A DNA stretch of 64,000 nucleotides from Vicugna vicugna (lineage: Eukaryota). Location of the stretch: assembly GCA_013265495.1 (NCBI GenBank), contig MU057651.1, positions 310,001 to 374,000 on the forward strand. Reading direction: 5' to 3'. Position numbers and translations under genes: made by a program. The stretch's first letter is position 1, and each line of letters opens with the position of its first letter. This document shows positions 12,966 through 26,982 of the stretch, one piece after another. Under the pieces are notes generated by a model. The model saw nothing but the letters and a program-made list of their open reading frames with translations, had not been told where the DNA came from and searched no databases.

Positions 12966-14100
12966 TGTAATAGATATGCTACAATAGATGGGAAAATCCA
13001 AAGCCAAATCATGATATACAGAATTTACAAAGGAAATGCTCCAGAACAGTTTCCAGGAAATAAAAAGTCAGATTGTGGAGGAGATTGGGAAGGAAAACCT
13101 GTGAAAATATTTCTTTGCAGAGATCTATTGCCAGGCTAAGGTTCCACTCCACCTTCTACAGGAGTGCTGGAGCGGTGGAGGTATTACCTCCTTCACCTCA
13201 ACTCTAGTGCGAGGGGCTTCACCAGACCACTCAGAGAGCTTGACAATTGTTCCCTGAAGTAGGGGCAGGGAATTGGAACTATACTTCATTCCAAGAAAGC
13301 TAATGTGGCCCTTGGCAGGAAGACAGGGTTGACTGTGTTAGGATTGGCCAGCATTCCCAGAATTTGTCAGGCAAAGGATGTTTGAATGTTTCCTGGGAAT
13401 CAAGAGGGTGCCATGCAAGAGAGGGAGCCGAGGTAGGGGGTCACATTGGACCCTGTCCAACAGAGTCACCTAGAGGGGTGTAGAGGCCCCAGAAAAAAAA
13501 AAGGCTGGAAATTACTAAGATAACTGTCAGATTCCTAGAGGTTGAGGAAAGAGTTGTAAACTACCAACCTGAATATAAATTATAAACCCAGGTCTGCCAA
13601 ATTGCAAGAGAGGGGTAGTTCAGTGATGGAGATGTTTAAAGAATCCAAAGAAGAGCCAGAAACTCAGAGAGTGGGAAGCCATTTGTCCTACCAAGGAAGA
13701 AATGACTGATCCCTTTACTTCTCTTCCCTGTTCCTACTTCCACCCTGGTGGGTGTCCAAATAGGAGCTGGCAAGTGGGGAGATAAAGAAAAAAATCTATC
13801 ATCCCGCACATCTCCAAAGGCAGATGGTCACCACCTACAGGCCTCAGCATGGGGTGGGAAGGGGGGACCTTTTTTCTGAGTAAAGCCTGAAAAAATTGAT
13901 TAATATCTTGGATGGAAATATGTTCTAATTACTGAATCAAGACTGTTTTGTGACTTTGAGTGATCTTAGGACTTTTTTATTCTTGAAGAAATGTCATGTG
14001 ATTTGTCCAAGTTTCCATCCAAGGTTAGGGAAATTTTACCAAAGGAGTACATAGTATTTGCAATTGAGAGATAAAATAAAGTTGTGTTTTAATTCTATCA
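12966..14100 (+). mobile_element. Possible ancient LTR (Gypsy/ERVL-type), family not assigned
   Basis: Begins TGTAA and ends with AATAAA followed by CA near 14100; composition resembles old mammalian LTRs. Confidence 0.35.
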
Positions 14101-14134
14101 TAAATTATACTTTAAAAATACTGATTATGCACAT

Positions 14135-14865
14135 TAATTCATTCCTTCATTTAATGAATATCTGAGTGCCTATTATGTGCCAGGCATTGTACCAGGAATA
14201 GGACATACAGTGAAATGCAATATAGTCCTTGCTTTCAAATTGCTTATGGTCTATGGCAGGAGTCAGCGAAGGCTGACCTCTTGACCTAAAGGGCAAGATA
14301 CTAAATATTTTAGGTTTTGAGGGACACTTAAGATCCCTGTTGCATAATCTTTTTTTAACCAACTCTGTAAAAATGCAAAGCCATTCTTAAGTGCTATACG
14401 AAAAAAGGCCATGGGTCAGATTTAGCCCATGGGCTATAGTTTGCTGTCTCCTAATGTGTGGAGGAAACAAATTTTTAAAAACCATCAATTATCTTACATT
14501 TATTATGATTGAAGATGTGTTTAGGGCACTTAGGGAGGAGACACAGAAGAGCATTGCCTGACTCTGACTGGGGAATCAGGGCTTCCTGGAAGCAGCAATG
14601 TTGATTTGAGACCTGAAGGTTGAGTAAGAGTTGGTCAGGGTTAAAGGAGATGAATGGTATTCAAGGCAGAGGGAGCTGCCTGTACAGAGGCACCAAGGCT
14701 CTGCCTTGACAGAGTTTCTCTCACTTTAGAAATTACAGAAGGGGAAACTGAACCTTACAGAGGTAGTTTGCTTAAGGTCGCAGAACTAGTAAGTGATGGA
14801 GCCTAGAGTCTTAACCCAGGTGTGTCTGAGTCTAAACCTATGCTCTTAGCTACTGTATCATGTTC
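14135..14865. mobile_element. LINE-2 3' end (minus) interrupted by MER58A (~14256-14452), followed by MIR
   Basis: attcattccttcatttaatgaatatctgagtgcc L2 tail; caggagtcagc...gggctatagtttgctg MER58A; MIR aaactga...aaggtcgcagaactagtaagtg. Confidence 0.75.
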
Positions 14866-15821
14866 CTGCCCCATTACTGAAGCTATGTCTAAGATCTACT
14901 TCTTACTGTTTGCAGATCAGCAGCTCTGTCTGGCTCACTTCTGATTCCCCTGGGGGTGAAAATATTACAGTTCTGGAAGGGCTTACAAGACCTTAAAAAT
15001 AAGACACTAATAATAAATTAACAAATAATAATAATTAAAAAATAATTAAAAAATAAAATAATGTTGAGTTGTTTTGATTAAAACTCTAGTTCTCCCATTT
15101 AAAAATAACCTTTCCCCCAGTAAAACCTAGCACACATTGCTCAGATTCAGAGTTTGCTTATTTCATCCTTACAGGAAGGGTTCCCCCCACCCCCTACTCC
15201 CAGTAGCTAAGCCCTAGCACTGTAATAATGTAATTCCTTACCTTTTTGGTACAGATTTATAATGAGATAGTACCCTCTGGCTTGGACTACATATGATGAT
15301 TGGCCCAAGTACTGTTCCTATCTTCATCACTCACATTGATGACCTTGGACAGATGAGTTTACTCAGCACAGATTAAATCTGTCAAGTTTTAAAATTAATT
15401 GCTTGATGGGTTTTTATTGAAGTAGCATGGTTTGGAAAGCTAGGTTAGCCGTGCAGCAACTACCCTTTGAAAACACTCACGTTAAAGCCTGCCATGTACT
15501 CTTGGCGTCAGTAAGAATAAAGTTTGAAATGAGGAGGAAAAGGGAATGAGAATGGTCCAGCCTTGCTGCTGCTGGCCTTCCAGTGATGAGTGGTTCTTAA
15601 CCAGGGCTGTGGTTTGTCACCCAGGGAGCTCTTTCAAAATACAGAATCTTGGTCCTATCCAAGACCTTCTACAGGGCTGAGACCTGAGAGTATGTATTTT
15701 TAACAGGCTTCCCAGGTTAAGAATCATTGCCGTGGGGTAACAGACAGATAGGTGCCTAATGAACTGATTGTCCTAAAAAATATATCAGACACTCTTGTCT
15801 ATGCATAGAAATTCTCCTTAT

Positions 15822-17565
15822 TTTTTACAGAAATAGGAAAAAATCCTAAAACTCATATGGAACCACAAAAGACCCTAAATACCCAAAGCAATCTTGAGAA
15901 AGAAGAGCAAAGCTGGAGGCACCACACTTCCTGATTTCAAACTATATTACAAAGCTATAGTAATCAAAACAGTATGGCGCTGGCAGAAAAATAGTCATAT
16001 AGACTAATGGAGCAGAATCAAGAGCCCAGAAATAAACTCATGCATATGTGTTCAACTAATGTTTGATAAAGGAGCCATTAATACTCAGGGGAGAAAAGAT
16101 AGTTTCCTTCAATAAATAGTGTTGGGAAAATTGGACATTCACATTCAAAAGAATGTAACTGGATCCCTATCATACATCACTCAAAAAATAACTTGAAACA
16201 GATTAAGCACTTAATGTAAGAACTGAAACCATAAAACTCCTAGAAGAAAATTGAGGGAAAAAGCTTCTTGACATAGGTCTTGGCAATGACTTTTTGGATA
16301 TGACACCTAAAGCACAATCAAATAAAAAATAAATTGTGACTACATCAAACTAAAAAGCTCAGCCCAATGAAACAAATGATCAACAAAATGAAAATATAAC
16401 CTATGGAATGGGAGAGGATATTTCCAAACCATCTATCAGATAAGGGATTAATATCCAAAACAGATAAAGAACTTATATAACACAATAGCAAAATCATGAT
16501 CATGGTCATGATCATCACCCAATTAAAAAAAATGGGCAATGGACCTGAATAGACATTTTTCCAAAGAAGATATACAAGTGGTCAACAAGTACATGAAAAG
16601 GTACTTGCTCTTCATCAAGGAAATGCAAATCAAAACCAAAGTGAGATATCACCTCATACCTGTTTGTATGGCTATAATCACAAACAAGAGATAAGCACTA
16701 GCAATGATGTGGAGAAAATGGAATCCTTGTACACTGTTGTTGGGAATATAAACTGGTACAACCACTGTGGAAAACATTATGGTAGTTCCTAAAAAAAAGA
16801 AATAGAACGACGATATGATCCAGCAATCTCCATTTCTGGGTATATGTCCAAAGGAAAGGAAATTACCATCTTTATTTCTATGCCCATGTTCATTGAAGCA
16901 TTATTTACAATAACAAAGACATGAAAACAACTAAAGTATCCACTGATGGATCAATGGATACACACACACACACACACACACATACACACATCTATAATGG
17001 AGTATTATTCAGCCATATAAAGAATGATACCCTGTCATTTGCAACACATAGATGAGCCTTGAGGGCATTATGCTAAGTGAAATAAGATGGAGAAAGATGA
17101 ATATTGATGATGTCACTTACATGTAAAATCTAAAAAGAAACTGAACTCATAGAAACAAAGAGTAGAATGGTGGTTGCCAGTGTGTGGAGTAGGGGAAGTG
17201 GAGGGGAGGGAAGTGAGTGAAAGTGATCAAAGGGTACAAACTTCCAGTTATAAGACAAATAAGTTCTGGGGATGTAATGTACAGCATGGTGACTATAGTT
17301 AACAATACTGTGTCTGTATAATTGAAAGTTGCTAACAGAGTGGATCTTAAAAGTTCACACCACAAAAGAAAAAAACAAAACAAAACCGTGAGTTAGCAAC
17401 TATATAAAGTCATAGATGTTTTAACTAACCCTATAATGGTAGTCATTTTGAGATATTTATATATCTATATATACAGATATATATATAGATATATCTCACA
17501 TTGCACACCTTAAACTTATACATGTCATATGTCAATTACATCTTAACAAAGCCAAAAAATAAAAG
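15822..17565 (+). mobile_element. 5'-truncated L1 (L1MA9-like): decayed end of ORF2 plus 3'UTR
   Basis: ORF2 3' motifs, L1MA-type 3'UTR, A-rich tail; 14-bp TSD GAAATTCTCCTTAT (15808-15821) / GAAATTCTACTTAT (17566-17579). Confidence 0.92.
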
Positions 17566-17699
17566 GAAATTCTACTTATAAAAGGAGTATATTGAAGTTC
17601 ACTGTTCTAATGTTTCAGTACCCCAGAAAATGCGCTTATTACTAAATCAGTTGGATGTTATCACAGAAATTAGTATGATGCTCTTTAGTGCTATACTTC

Positions 17700-19940
17700 C
17701 AGAGGAAATGAAACAAATAGCAGAGGGCTCAAACTGTAATCAGAACAGGTTTATGTATTTAAATAAGTTAAAGAAAGCAGATTACATGCAATTATTACCT
17801 CTACATCCCAAGACAGCAGAAGAATACAAAAAAGATAAAAATTTATGATGATGAAGAGAATGGAAAAGGAGCCATTAGTGGATGCAAGTTGGATGAAAGA
17901 AAGCTAGAAAGCAGACGGAGGCATAATAACTGATTAAATAGTATGGAAGAAGTCACAGTTTACAATACTTGCAGAGGGATTATACAGTGAAAGAGAAAGT
18001 CACCCTCCCTTTCATAAATGCCAGGTATGAAAAAGAGAATGAGTGAGATGTAAGGCGTAGGAGGGGAGGAGATAAGTCATTTTTTTGAGTTGATTCCTCC
18101 CCAGTCTGGCGGACAGAATGCCTTTTAGTCAGATATATCCTCCATGAACTCCAAAAAATTGGAGTGTTATCCTTTAAAGAGATTGAGAGGTCTAAGAGAA
18201 AAGGCTTTCACATTTTTGCATTTAGGAAGCCCCCCAACAAAATGGCTAGCTCCCTACTCGTATATATGAAACTCTCAGTCACTTTTTTTACTGCCTCATT
18301 TTTCCATGTGAACAAAAAAAAAATGAATGATCACCAAGTATTTGAGGAAAACTTTCAACATGAAAGGATGATAAACAAGTAGAAAAAAATAATCAAGGAC
18401 CATTGAGTGAGAAAAAAAGAGAAGAGAGACAAAATACCCTGATTAGTATACTCAGAGAGATTCAAGAAAACATTGCATTTATGTAATAGGAATAGGATAT
18501 TTGAAAATAATAAAAGGACAAGAAAGATATCTTGAAATAAAAAATATGATTGCTGAGGTAAAATTCAAGAGAAGAGTTGGAAGATAGAATTAAGGAAGTA
18601 TCAAAAAAGTAGAGCAAAAAAAAAACTAAAAGAAGGAAAATGAGATAGAAAAAAACATGATACATAGAAGGTAGACTTGGGAGATCCAACATTTGACTAA
18701 TAGGAATTCAAGAGAGAACAAAGTGAGAGAGAATTATCAAAGAAACAATACAAGAAAAATTTTCAGAGTATATTCTTTTGAAATACAAAGTATACAGATA
18801 TCCTCAAAGCTTCCAGAGGAAAAAACAAAATACAAAGTATAAAGATATCCTCAAAGCTTCCAGAGGGAAAAACAGATAACCTACAAAGAGATGAGATTGA
18901 TATTAACATTGTACTTCTTACCAGCCATCTCACAGATGAAACAACATTGGAGCAATGCTTTCAAAGTTTGGAAGGAAAGTGACTTTCTTCAACACAGCAT
19001 ACTATAACCAGTTAAACTATCTACTCAAGTGTGAGAATAGAATAAAAGCATTTTCAGATATGAGATGACTTCTGAAATTAATCTGCATGAAATACATTGA
19101 AAGGAAGTTGAGGATTTAATCCAGCAAAATAGAGGAAATGAACCAAGAAAGAGGAAGATGTGAATTCTTGAAAAGAATCTATCCAACCCAGGGAAGCTGT
19201 GAAGTTCCAGGATGGTAGCTGTGGAATTAGTCTTAAAAGAAACTGGCCCACAGTGGAGCCTGAGATTGGAGACCTCTGGGAGGGAAGTTTACAGGAAAAA
19301 GTTACCATTCATCAGTTATGATGGATACATTGAAAATAAACAAACAAACTGAGAATATGGTATAGGAAAATAGTACAAATGGTGGAAAAAAGTTAACTCC
19401 AGGAAAAACTGAAAAAGCTAGACAAGAAAAGAAATATAATCTAATTTTTGGTCCTGAAACGAATGCTATGTATATAGTCATAACAATGTAAACACTGGTG
19501 ACTGATTTTAACTTTCAAGTTAACTTACAAAGTATGGAAGACTTAATTTTGATTCTAGGAAGAATGCAAAAGAAATGTACAGATGAAAATATTTGGGAGG
19601 TAAAAGGAAGTGCACAAAGGAACATGTAATAAAAGTTCTACACCCATAATATGCAAAATTCACTGTAACTGATAGAAGAATCAGAGTATTTACATACTTG
19701 CATTTGATGAATGGGAGAGGGAAGAGGGAAAGATGTAAGTGAGACCGAGTGGTATAAGCATTTTGTGTAGCAGTAGAAGGAGGCAACTACAAGAAGGTAA
19801 ACAAGTGGAAGGGCTTGTCCTGGAGAGTATAAATATGGGCTGTAGCATGGCGGAGCCGAAGTCAGTTGCTTTGCACCATAAGCCCTCCTATATTCTCTTA
19901 TATTTTAAGCTTGTGTGTGTATTACTTTGATAAACACTTA
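17700..19940 (+). mobile_element. HAL1 (half-L1) or ancient L1 ORF1-region remnant
   Basis: Decayed ORF1-like motifs (agatccaacatttgactaatagga; tggagcaatgctttcaaa; aataaaagcattttcagatatg) followed by HAL1-type aaccaagaaagaggaaga and tattactttgataaa end, with no ORF2. Confidence 0.6.
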
Positions 19941-20029
19941 TGAATTAAGAAATTGAACTCTTGAGTTTTCATAGGTTCTTGTCCGGTGAAGATGGTTACC
20001 ATGGATCATGGGTTTTAGATCAGAAAAAT

Positions 20030-20400
20030 TCCATTAACAAGCATTTGTTGAACACTTACCATTTGCCTAGCACCCTGCCCAGTGCTAAAGGGAGCTCCAA
20101 GATTGTTTAAGACATAGTCTCTGTTCACAAGAAACTTGAAATCTAGTTGGGCAAAGCAAAACAGTACATGAAACAATTAGAGAATGCAAATACATAGTAA
20201 AGTGCTGAATTGTTAGTATGCTAAATTACATCCACTAGAAAATATGGCAGAAGGAAGATGAAATCAGTTTGGATTGAAATTAGGGAGGGCTTCCAGTAAA
20301 GCTGGGGCTTGTTTCTGACCTTAAACAATGGAAAAGATAGGAATAGGGCTAAAAATGAAGGGCCTTAGAGGAGGGAAAGGCAACATGAATGATGACCCGG
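20030..20400 (-). mobile_element. LINE-2 3' fragment
   Basis: aacaagcatttgttgaacacttac...ctagttggg...gaccttaaacaatgg. Confidence 0.6.
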
Positions 20401-21122
20401 AGAAGGTTTTTTTCTACTTTATGTATTATTAGGTAGAAATTTGTATCCTCTCTAATATCACTAAAATGCTCTTTCTCTTTAAATCTCCCTAATATAACAA
20501 CTTTCTCTGAGTGGATTATTTTTTTCTTGCTGATAGTGCAGTAAATTCTCTGTCGCTTTGCAGAATGGGAACTGCCATTTACTAAATGAGCTTTTCTCTA
20601 TTCTGTGCTCCTTTGGTGCCAAGTCTTAATAAAGACAGATGGGTTTCCCCCATCGCACTGCTGCTTCCCATCTTAGGCTGATGAATATGAGACTGAGAGC
20701 CTGACCCTGTCATTGTCAAGTAATGTAAAAGGCTTCATCCTTATTTATTGCCATACTTTAATTACTGGGGGAAAAGTATCAATTAAGAAACAAAGGATTT
20801 AAAATCATTTCAGCAAACCAGGATGTCTGAGCAAATTGAAACCTTTTTTCTTTTCCATTTTCTCTTCTTTGGTGAGGGAGAGTGAAGGTGGTAGGATGAT
20901 TAGTGTTGTTTAGTTTAAATTTAATTAATAGGAACTCACAGCATAATATTCCATGAAGAATGTACATGTCAAAAACCATGTTGTTATAGGGCTATCAATT
21001 CAAATATTGGAGTTCACTTCAGTAGAATTGAATAAGTTATTAGACTTTACTAGTCATCCTGGAAGACCTTTATAGACCTGGCTGGAGTCAGTACATAAGA
21101 CTTTAGAATGGTTTCCTGGTAC

Positions 21123-21783
21123 TGATACAGAAAAAATGGGGAACACAAGAGGCCATGTCCCAGGTCTCGGTTGAGTCCTTGGCATGTGCCCTGTCAAGAA
21201 AGGGTCCTTGGCTTTGAGCAGGAAAGAATTCAAGAGCAAGCCATAGTTGAGTAAAAGTAGATTTATTTAGAGAGATACACACTCCTTAGACAGAATGTGG
21301 GCCATCTCAGAAGGCAAGAGATAAAGTGCCCAGAGGTGCAGTGTTCCTAGTTTTTATATGCTAAAAATTGAGAGGATTATTCCAACTACTTTGGGGAAGG
21401 GGTGGTGATTCCCAGAAACTGGGCCACCGCCCTCTCTTTGACCTTTCATGGTTGGCCTTGGAACTGTCTTGGCGCCTGTGGGTGTGTCATTTACCATGCT
21501 AATACGGTACAATGTGTATAACGAAGCTCAAAGTCCACTGGAGGTCGAATCTCCCACCATCTTGGGCCTCTAGGTCTACTGGCAGTTGGCTTTTCTGCAA
21601 TCTTGGTGTTAATTGCTGTGTCATTCCTTTAATGGTTGTGTCTTGTCCTCAGTTCACCCAAAACTATTCCCCTCTTCTTTCTACTGCCCCAAATCTAAAA
21701 TGTCATTCATTCATTCATTCCTTGGTGGTAGGATTTTGCGTCTCTAGAGACCCTCAGCTGAATTGCATCTACCCCCTAAGTCA
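21123..21783 (-). mobile_element. ERV1-type solo LTR; right boundary approximate
   Basis: Starts TGATAC, has ggaaagaattcaagagcaagcc, minus-strand AATAAA (~21263-21268) and minus-strand TATA (tttttatatg ~21351) in LTR order. Confidence 0.7.
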
Positions 21784-21864
21784 GATTTTATGATTCCAAT
21801 CAACTTCTAACGCTTTAATTTGAATGAGTTTATCTGATTGCTTGTGTGTGTGTTTGTGCATATG

Positions 21865-22040
21865 TATTTTGTATTTTCTTAAGTGTTTTGGCTATTCAGG
21901 ATCTTTTGTGTTTCCATAGAAAATTTAGAATTATTTGTTCTAGTTCTGTGAAAAATGCTATTGGTGTTTTGATAGGGATTCCATTAGACTGTATTGGGTA
22001 GTGTGGTCATTTTAACAATATTAATTCTCGCTCTATTCTT
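21865..22040 (-). mobile_element. L1 ORF2 fragment
   Basis: ttggctattcaggatcttttgtgtttccata...gatagggatt...ttttaacaatattaattct. Confidence 0.85.
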
Positions 22041-22473
22041 TCATTTGTTTTGGATACATTTTTTAAAATTCCTAGGCCTGAGGTAATAATGACAACTAAT
22101 AACTGCTCTAATGATCTTTCCAAATGTGTGGATCATCCCTGTGTTATCCAGTACAAAATTGGATTTTTAAATGTCAAGTTATTTTCATTTTTAGGATTGG
22201 ATCTAATATGCGAATCTGATCGTGTTAGTTTTCTACTTTAGTTGTCTCTTATTTAAACTTTCACAGAAATGGCATCATGCTGGACATATTATTGTATACT
22301 TTGAGTTTTAATTTAATGATTTTTTGTAGTAATCTTTTCAATACATGTGGAGATTTTACCTCATTCTTTTTAATAGCTGGGTAATATTCTACAAAATGAT
22401 GGCTCTTACATTACCATACTGATGAACATTTAGAGGGTGTTTTTAGTTATTCACTTACTGTAAACTATTTTCC

Positions 22474-22586
22474 TTGAGTCAACAACTTGTTGCAGTTTAC
22501 CTGGGACCTTCCTGGGTTTTGCACTGAAGTCTCACATTCCAGGAAACTCCTCAACAATGGGCAAACTGGGATGGTTGGTCACCCCA
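22474..22586. mobile_element. MER81 (hAT-Blackjack MITE) inside an old L1ME fragment (~22230-22700)
   Basis: gggcaaactgggatggttggtcaccc terminus and ctgggttttgcactgaagtctcacattccaggaaac interior. Confidence 0.7.
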
Positions 22587-23929
22587 CTCTTAATATCTTC
22601 CTACATCTATTCTTACCTACTGATACTTTTGTTTGTGCCACATACTCTCCCAGAACTGGGATTTCAAGGTCATCTGATTGCTTTTATACATTACACTTTG
22701 TAGGAAGTCTGACTGGAATGGGACCCAGGTGATTTCTCAAGTGGGGAATGTGGAGAACAAGTCACAGAGTATGGCTCTGGTCCATATTAGAAGTCATAAT
22801 AAAAGTCTTTTAGCATTAGGCCATTTGAGTGAGGGAAGAGAGAGTCACAGAAAGGGCATGAAGATTGCTGAGTGGATAAAGGAAAACGCAGAAGGACCTA
22901 AAAAACACATCTCACGATCATATTTCTGCCTAGAATGAGTCTTGCTGTGTAGAACCTCTAGTGTTGGACATAGCAGTGAATTAAGAACCTGGAGACCTGT
23001 CTTGTTTAATATCTTTGCATCTCAATTTTTTTTATTCAAATAGGAAGGACTAAACATTTACCTTTTAGTTATATCCTAGAGGTGTTAGAACGCTAAATTC
23101 CTGTGTTTAAGTACCTTGAGCTACTTAAGCTATTAAACATGTTATAAAAATATGAAATACTTGTCCTGGTAATCCACAGATGTCTTCTTGGCTCGTGCAC
23201 AGATGCTGGATTATATTAGCATCTCTTAATTAATATTGAGCAAACAAGGTTTCAGTAGGCCAATTTAATAGGTACATGTACAGCTTCTTTTGCCATTGGA
23301 GGTAGTGCATTTCAGAGATAAGATTCTCAATATTGTTTGCCTTATGCTTTTAGTCAGGCAGTAATTAAGGAGGGAAGAACATGTGCCTTCCAGGACCTTG
23401 CACTCATCTGTCACTTCTAAAATAATTTCAGGGCAATTTGTTAGGTAGCACTGGCTGAATGATTGGTTTTCCTGTGATAATTGCTAATGTACTTCCTGTA
23501 AGGCCTGAAGAGGGACAAGGCAGAGGGTTAGGAGAGAACATTCTAGGGCTATTCTTTATAATCTTCTGAGATTAACTCTTTAGGAATTCTCAGGTTTAGA
23601 ATACCAGAAAAGAACAGCAACTAATCCATGAAACTGACGTGGGATAACCAAAGCCCGAGAAGCTGCCTTTGAGCTACATACTTAACAGAGGCAAAACTGT
23701 AAAAGGCCTTGCAAACTAAATCCCAAGACACAGAATAGTCTCTATGGGAAGTAGTCAGGTGGCCTAGTAAAAGCAAAAATTCAGAGACCCTGGTTTTAGG
23801 ATCTGTTTCTGCTGAGTGACTATGAGGTCTCAGGCACTGGACACCAGTTTCTCATCTGTTAGGTGTAGTTAGTAATACCTGTTTTACCTGGTGAGGCTCT
23901 ATAAGGTAGTTGTTAAGAGTGCCAGATAG

Positions 23930-24232
23930 ACATTTAAATAATAAAACAAATGAATAGGACAAAACTGCAACAGACTCACAGATACAGAGAACAAACTAGT
24001 GATTACCAGTGGAGAGAGGGGTGGGTGGAGGGGCAAGATAGGGGAAGGGGATTATGAGGTACCAACTACTAGGTATAAAATAAGGTACAATGATGTAATG
24101 TACAGCACAAGGAATACAGCCAGTATTTTATAAAAACTTTAAATGGAGTATAATCTATAAAAATATTGAATCACTGTGTTGAACATCTGAAACTAATGTA
24201 ATATTGTAAATCAAATATACTTCACTAAAAAT
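23930..24232 (+). mobile_element. L1 3'UTR fragment inserted into a MIR
   Basis: cagactcacagatacagagaacaaactagtgattaccagtgg...aatgtacagcacaagg...tatacttcactaaaa. Confidence 0.85.
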
Positions 24233-24234
24233 GT

Positions 24235-24720
24235 AAAGAGTTCAGGCCCCAGAACCAAAGTGCTTAGGCTGGAATCTTGGCTTATTTGTCACTTATATAC
24301 TATGTGACCTTGGAAAAGTAACTTAACTCTCTGAACCACAGACTCTCAGTCTGTCAAATGGAGTTGACAATGACATTGGCTCCCAAGGATTTGTTGGAGA
24401 ATTATTATGAGATAATTCATGTGAAGTGCTTAGAATTATGTCTCACACACTTCACTATCAACATTTACTAAATGTCAGCTGCTATCATATATGATGCTTA
24501 AAATTACAGGCTCAACTCAAGATCTAGCCAGGCTGCATCCAAATCCAAATAACCTTGTAAAATTGCTTAACCTCTCAGAGCCTCAGTATTTTCATCTGCA
24601 TAATGGGGATAGTAATTGTAACAACCTCAGAGGATTATTGCAAGTATTACATGAAACATTCTAAGTAAAGGACTTAGAACAATGTCTGGTACATAGTTAG
24701 TATTCAATAATTACTACTAT
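24235..24720 (+). mobile_element. Two tandem MIR SINEs
   Basis: tgtgaccttggaaaagtaacttaactctctga and cttaacctctcagagcctcagt...catctgcataatgggg cores. Confidence 0.8.
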
Positions 24721-26497
24721 TTTTCTCCAAGAGTCTTAATACAGCCCAGGCTTATTATATTATATTCAGGGCATTCCTTTTTCTGGCTTTACCCATCCCT
24801 ATCTTTGGTTTTAGCCATCTCCTAAGTCCTAGTATCTCCATCACTTTTTTTCCTGTTTCTTTATCAAAACCTGCTTCCAGGCCCTTTTTTAATGCTGCAT
24901 CAAAGTTTAGTTGTCCTTGAGGCTTTGCAATTTAGCTGAAGTGTAAGCTGGAGCTAAAGGGAATTGCAGATTTCAGATTGAGGGTGAGCAAAGACAGTGG
25001 GGCTTTGGGGAGGAATCACACCTCTAGAAAGTCAACCTGACAGGTCCTATTTAGTATACCATAGTTATTGCAAGAAAAACGTGAGCTGTTAATACATGCA
25101 AAAATCCAAAAATATTGTGCACATACCAAATACCCAACAGAAGGGACTGCCTATAACCCTCCAGCTTTTGTTGACAACTCACAGATTCCAGACACTCTTA
25201 AATGAATGTTTCCTGTGTAGTGAGCCCTACATGATCTCAGTTATGCATTACATAAATCCTATGTGGTAGGCATTAACTCCATTTTACCTTTTAACAAATA
25301 GGTATATACTTAAAGGAGTTTAATTAATTTATCCCAAGTTCACATAGCATGTACATGATGGGTCAGGATTTAAGCCCAGATTTATCTAATTTCCAATCCC
25401 TTGATCTTCCTGCTCTACCACTTTTAAAGAGTTTTTGTTCTCAGAACACAATGTCACTGAGCACAAATCACTTTGGGGATTCAGTGGTCTGTCTGGTAGC
25501 CTGGCTGAAGAAGCAGAGAGACTGCTGAGCGTTTTTATTATTACTGCCCCTCCCTGGCCAATCTCTTGCCCTATCCAGACAAAAGGACTGCACTGGGAAT
25601 ACCCTGATATCCATTTTGAAATTTATGTTCCCAGAGTCCCAACTGGGCCCAGATGGTAGACAAAACTGATCCAAAATGCTGATTTTAGAGGTTTGATGCT
25701 TGCATGGTGTATTAGCAATAATGAAAGAAGGAAACCCAGTTGATGACAGGGTAGATTGTTCCTCCCTTGAATCCTGTGGGAGTAGGCTAGGAGCCAGGTC
25801 AGCATAGTGCTCCTCCCAACATCTGTGTTTTTGAAATACGTGGCTACTTGTCTAACTTCACCTCTGGGATTAAGACTAGACACCAATTGATTGTGAAACT
25901 TGCTGATAAGATGGGGAAAGTTATGCTTCATACATTAATTTTTTTTTCCTTTCTATAGAGACAGAGCAGATGTCGAGGAATAGGTGATAGACATAGACAT
26001 TGACTTTAGTGGTTGCTGGCTCATGTTTTCCAAAGAGTACACTGGAAACTTTCTATAATATTTTCTGCAGGTCAGATATTAGAGGTGTATCTTAAGGAGG
26101 GCTTGCTGTGCTTGCAGTACAAACATTCCTCTGGATGGAGTTTAAGATGGTCTTTTGTTGGATATATTACTGGCTCATAATGGATTATATCTTGGGAAGA
26201 ATTTGTGACTTCATTTCAATGCATACTTCATCAGTGGTGAACAAAAAAAGAATGATTAGTTACCTTTTCCCCAAATAATATCATGGGGTGAGGACTACCT
26301 TGAACCAAAAGCCATGGAGACAGAGATTCCATGTCATGAACAAAGATGAACTAACATCTGCTCCCAGACCACAAGTTGCTTACAATCGAAGAAGTGATGA
26401 ATGAGAGTTTAGACAATTCCCCATGAAAATAGTCATAGTGAAGTTCTCGCTTACTCAGGGGTTGGATTCTTAATTCAATATATAACACAAAAAACAC

Positions 26498-26982
26498 TGT
26501 GGCACTATTAATTGTCTACCCAACATCCACTTTCCTCTTCCTCCTTAGTGACAGAGATTTTTCCTGGATAGTAATGTGCTCATCAAAAATTATAGTTCTC
26601 AGCTTCTATTTCAGCTAGGGGTGGTTAATGGGACCTAAAGTGGATCTTATTAGAACAGACTTGCAGGAAAACTTTTAAGATTGGACAGACTGCTGGTGAA
26701 TCCCATATTGCACTGTACCTCTCATATTTCCTGCCTGGAATATAAACTCGATGGCTGGAGATATAGCAGCTATTTTGAACTATGAAGTAACCTTAAGGAT
26801 GGAAGTCAGCACTAAGGATGGTGGAGCAGAAAGATAGGAGCCCGAGTCCCTGATGACACTTGAGGCCATTATAACATCCCTGCACTACCTATCTCTAGAC
26901 TACTTCATATGAGGGGATAATTTCTTGTTTTTAAAATGCTATAGTTTTCTCTGTTATTAGTAGCTGAATGCACTTCCTGACT
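26498..26982 (+). mobile_element. Old MaLR LTR (MLT1J/K-like)
   Basis: gatggctggag...gcagctattttgaactatgaag...ggatggtggagcagaaagataggagcc...tagcagctgaatgc-type end. Confidence 0.7.

Noticed and set aside
17450..17497. AT-rich palindrome gagatat...atatctc
   Set aside because: A (TA)n microsatellite expansion within an L1 3'UTR, self-complementary by composition.
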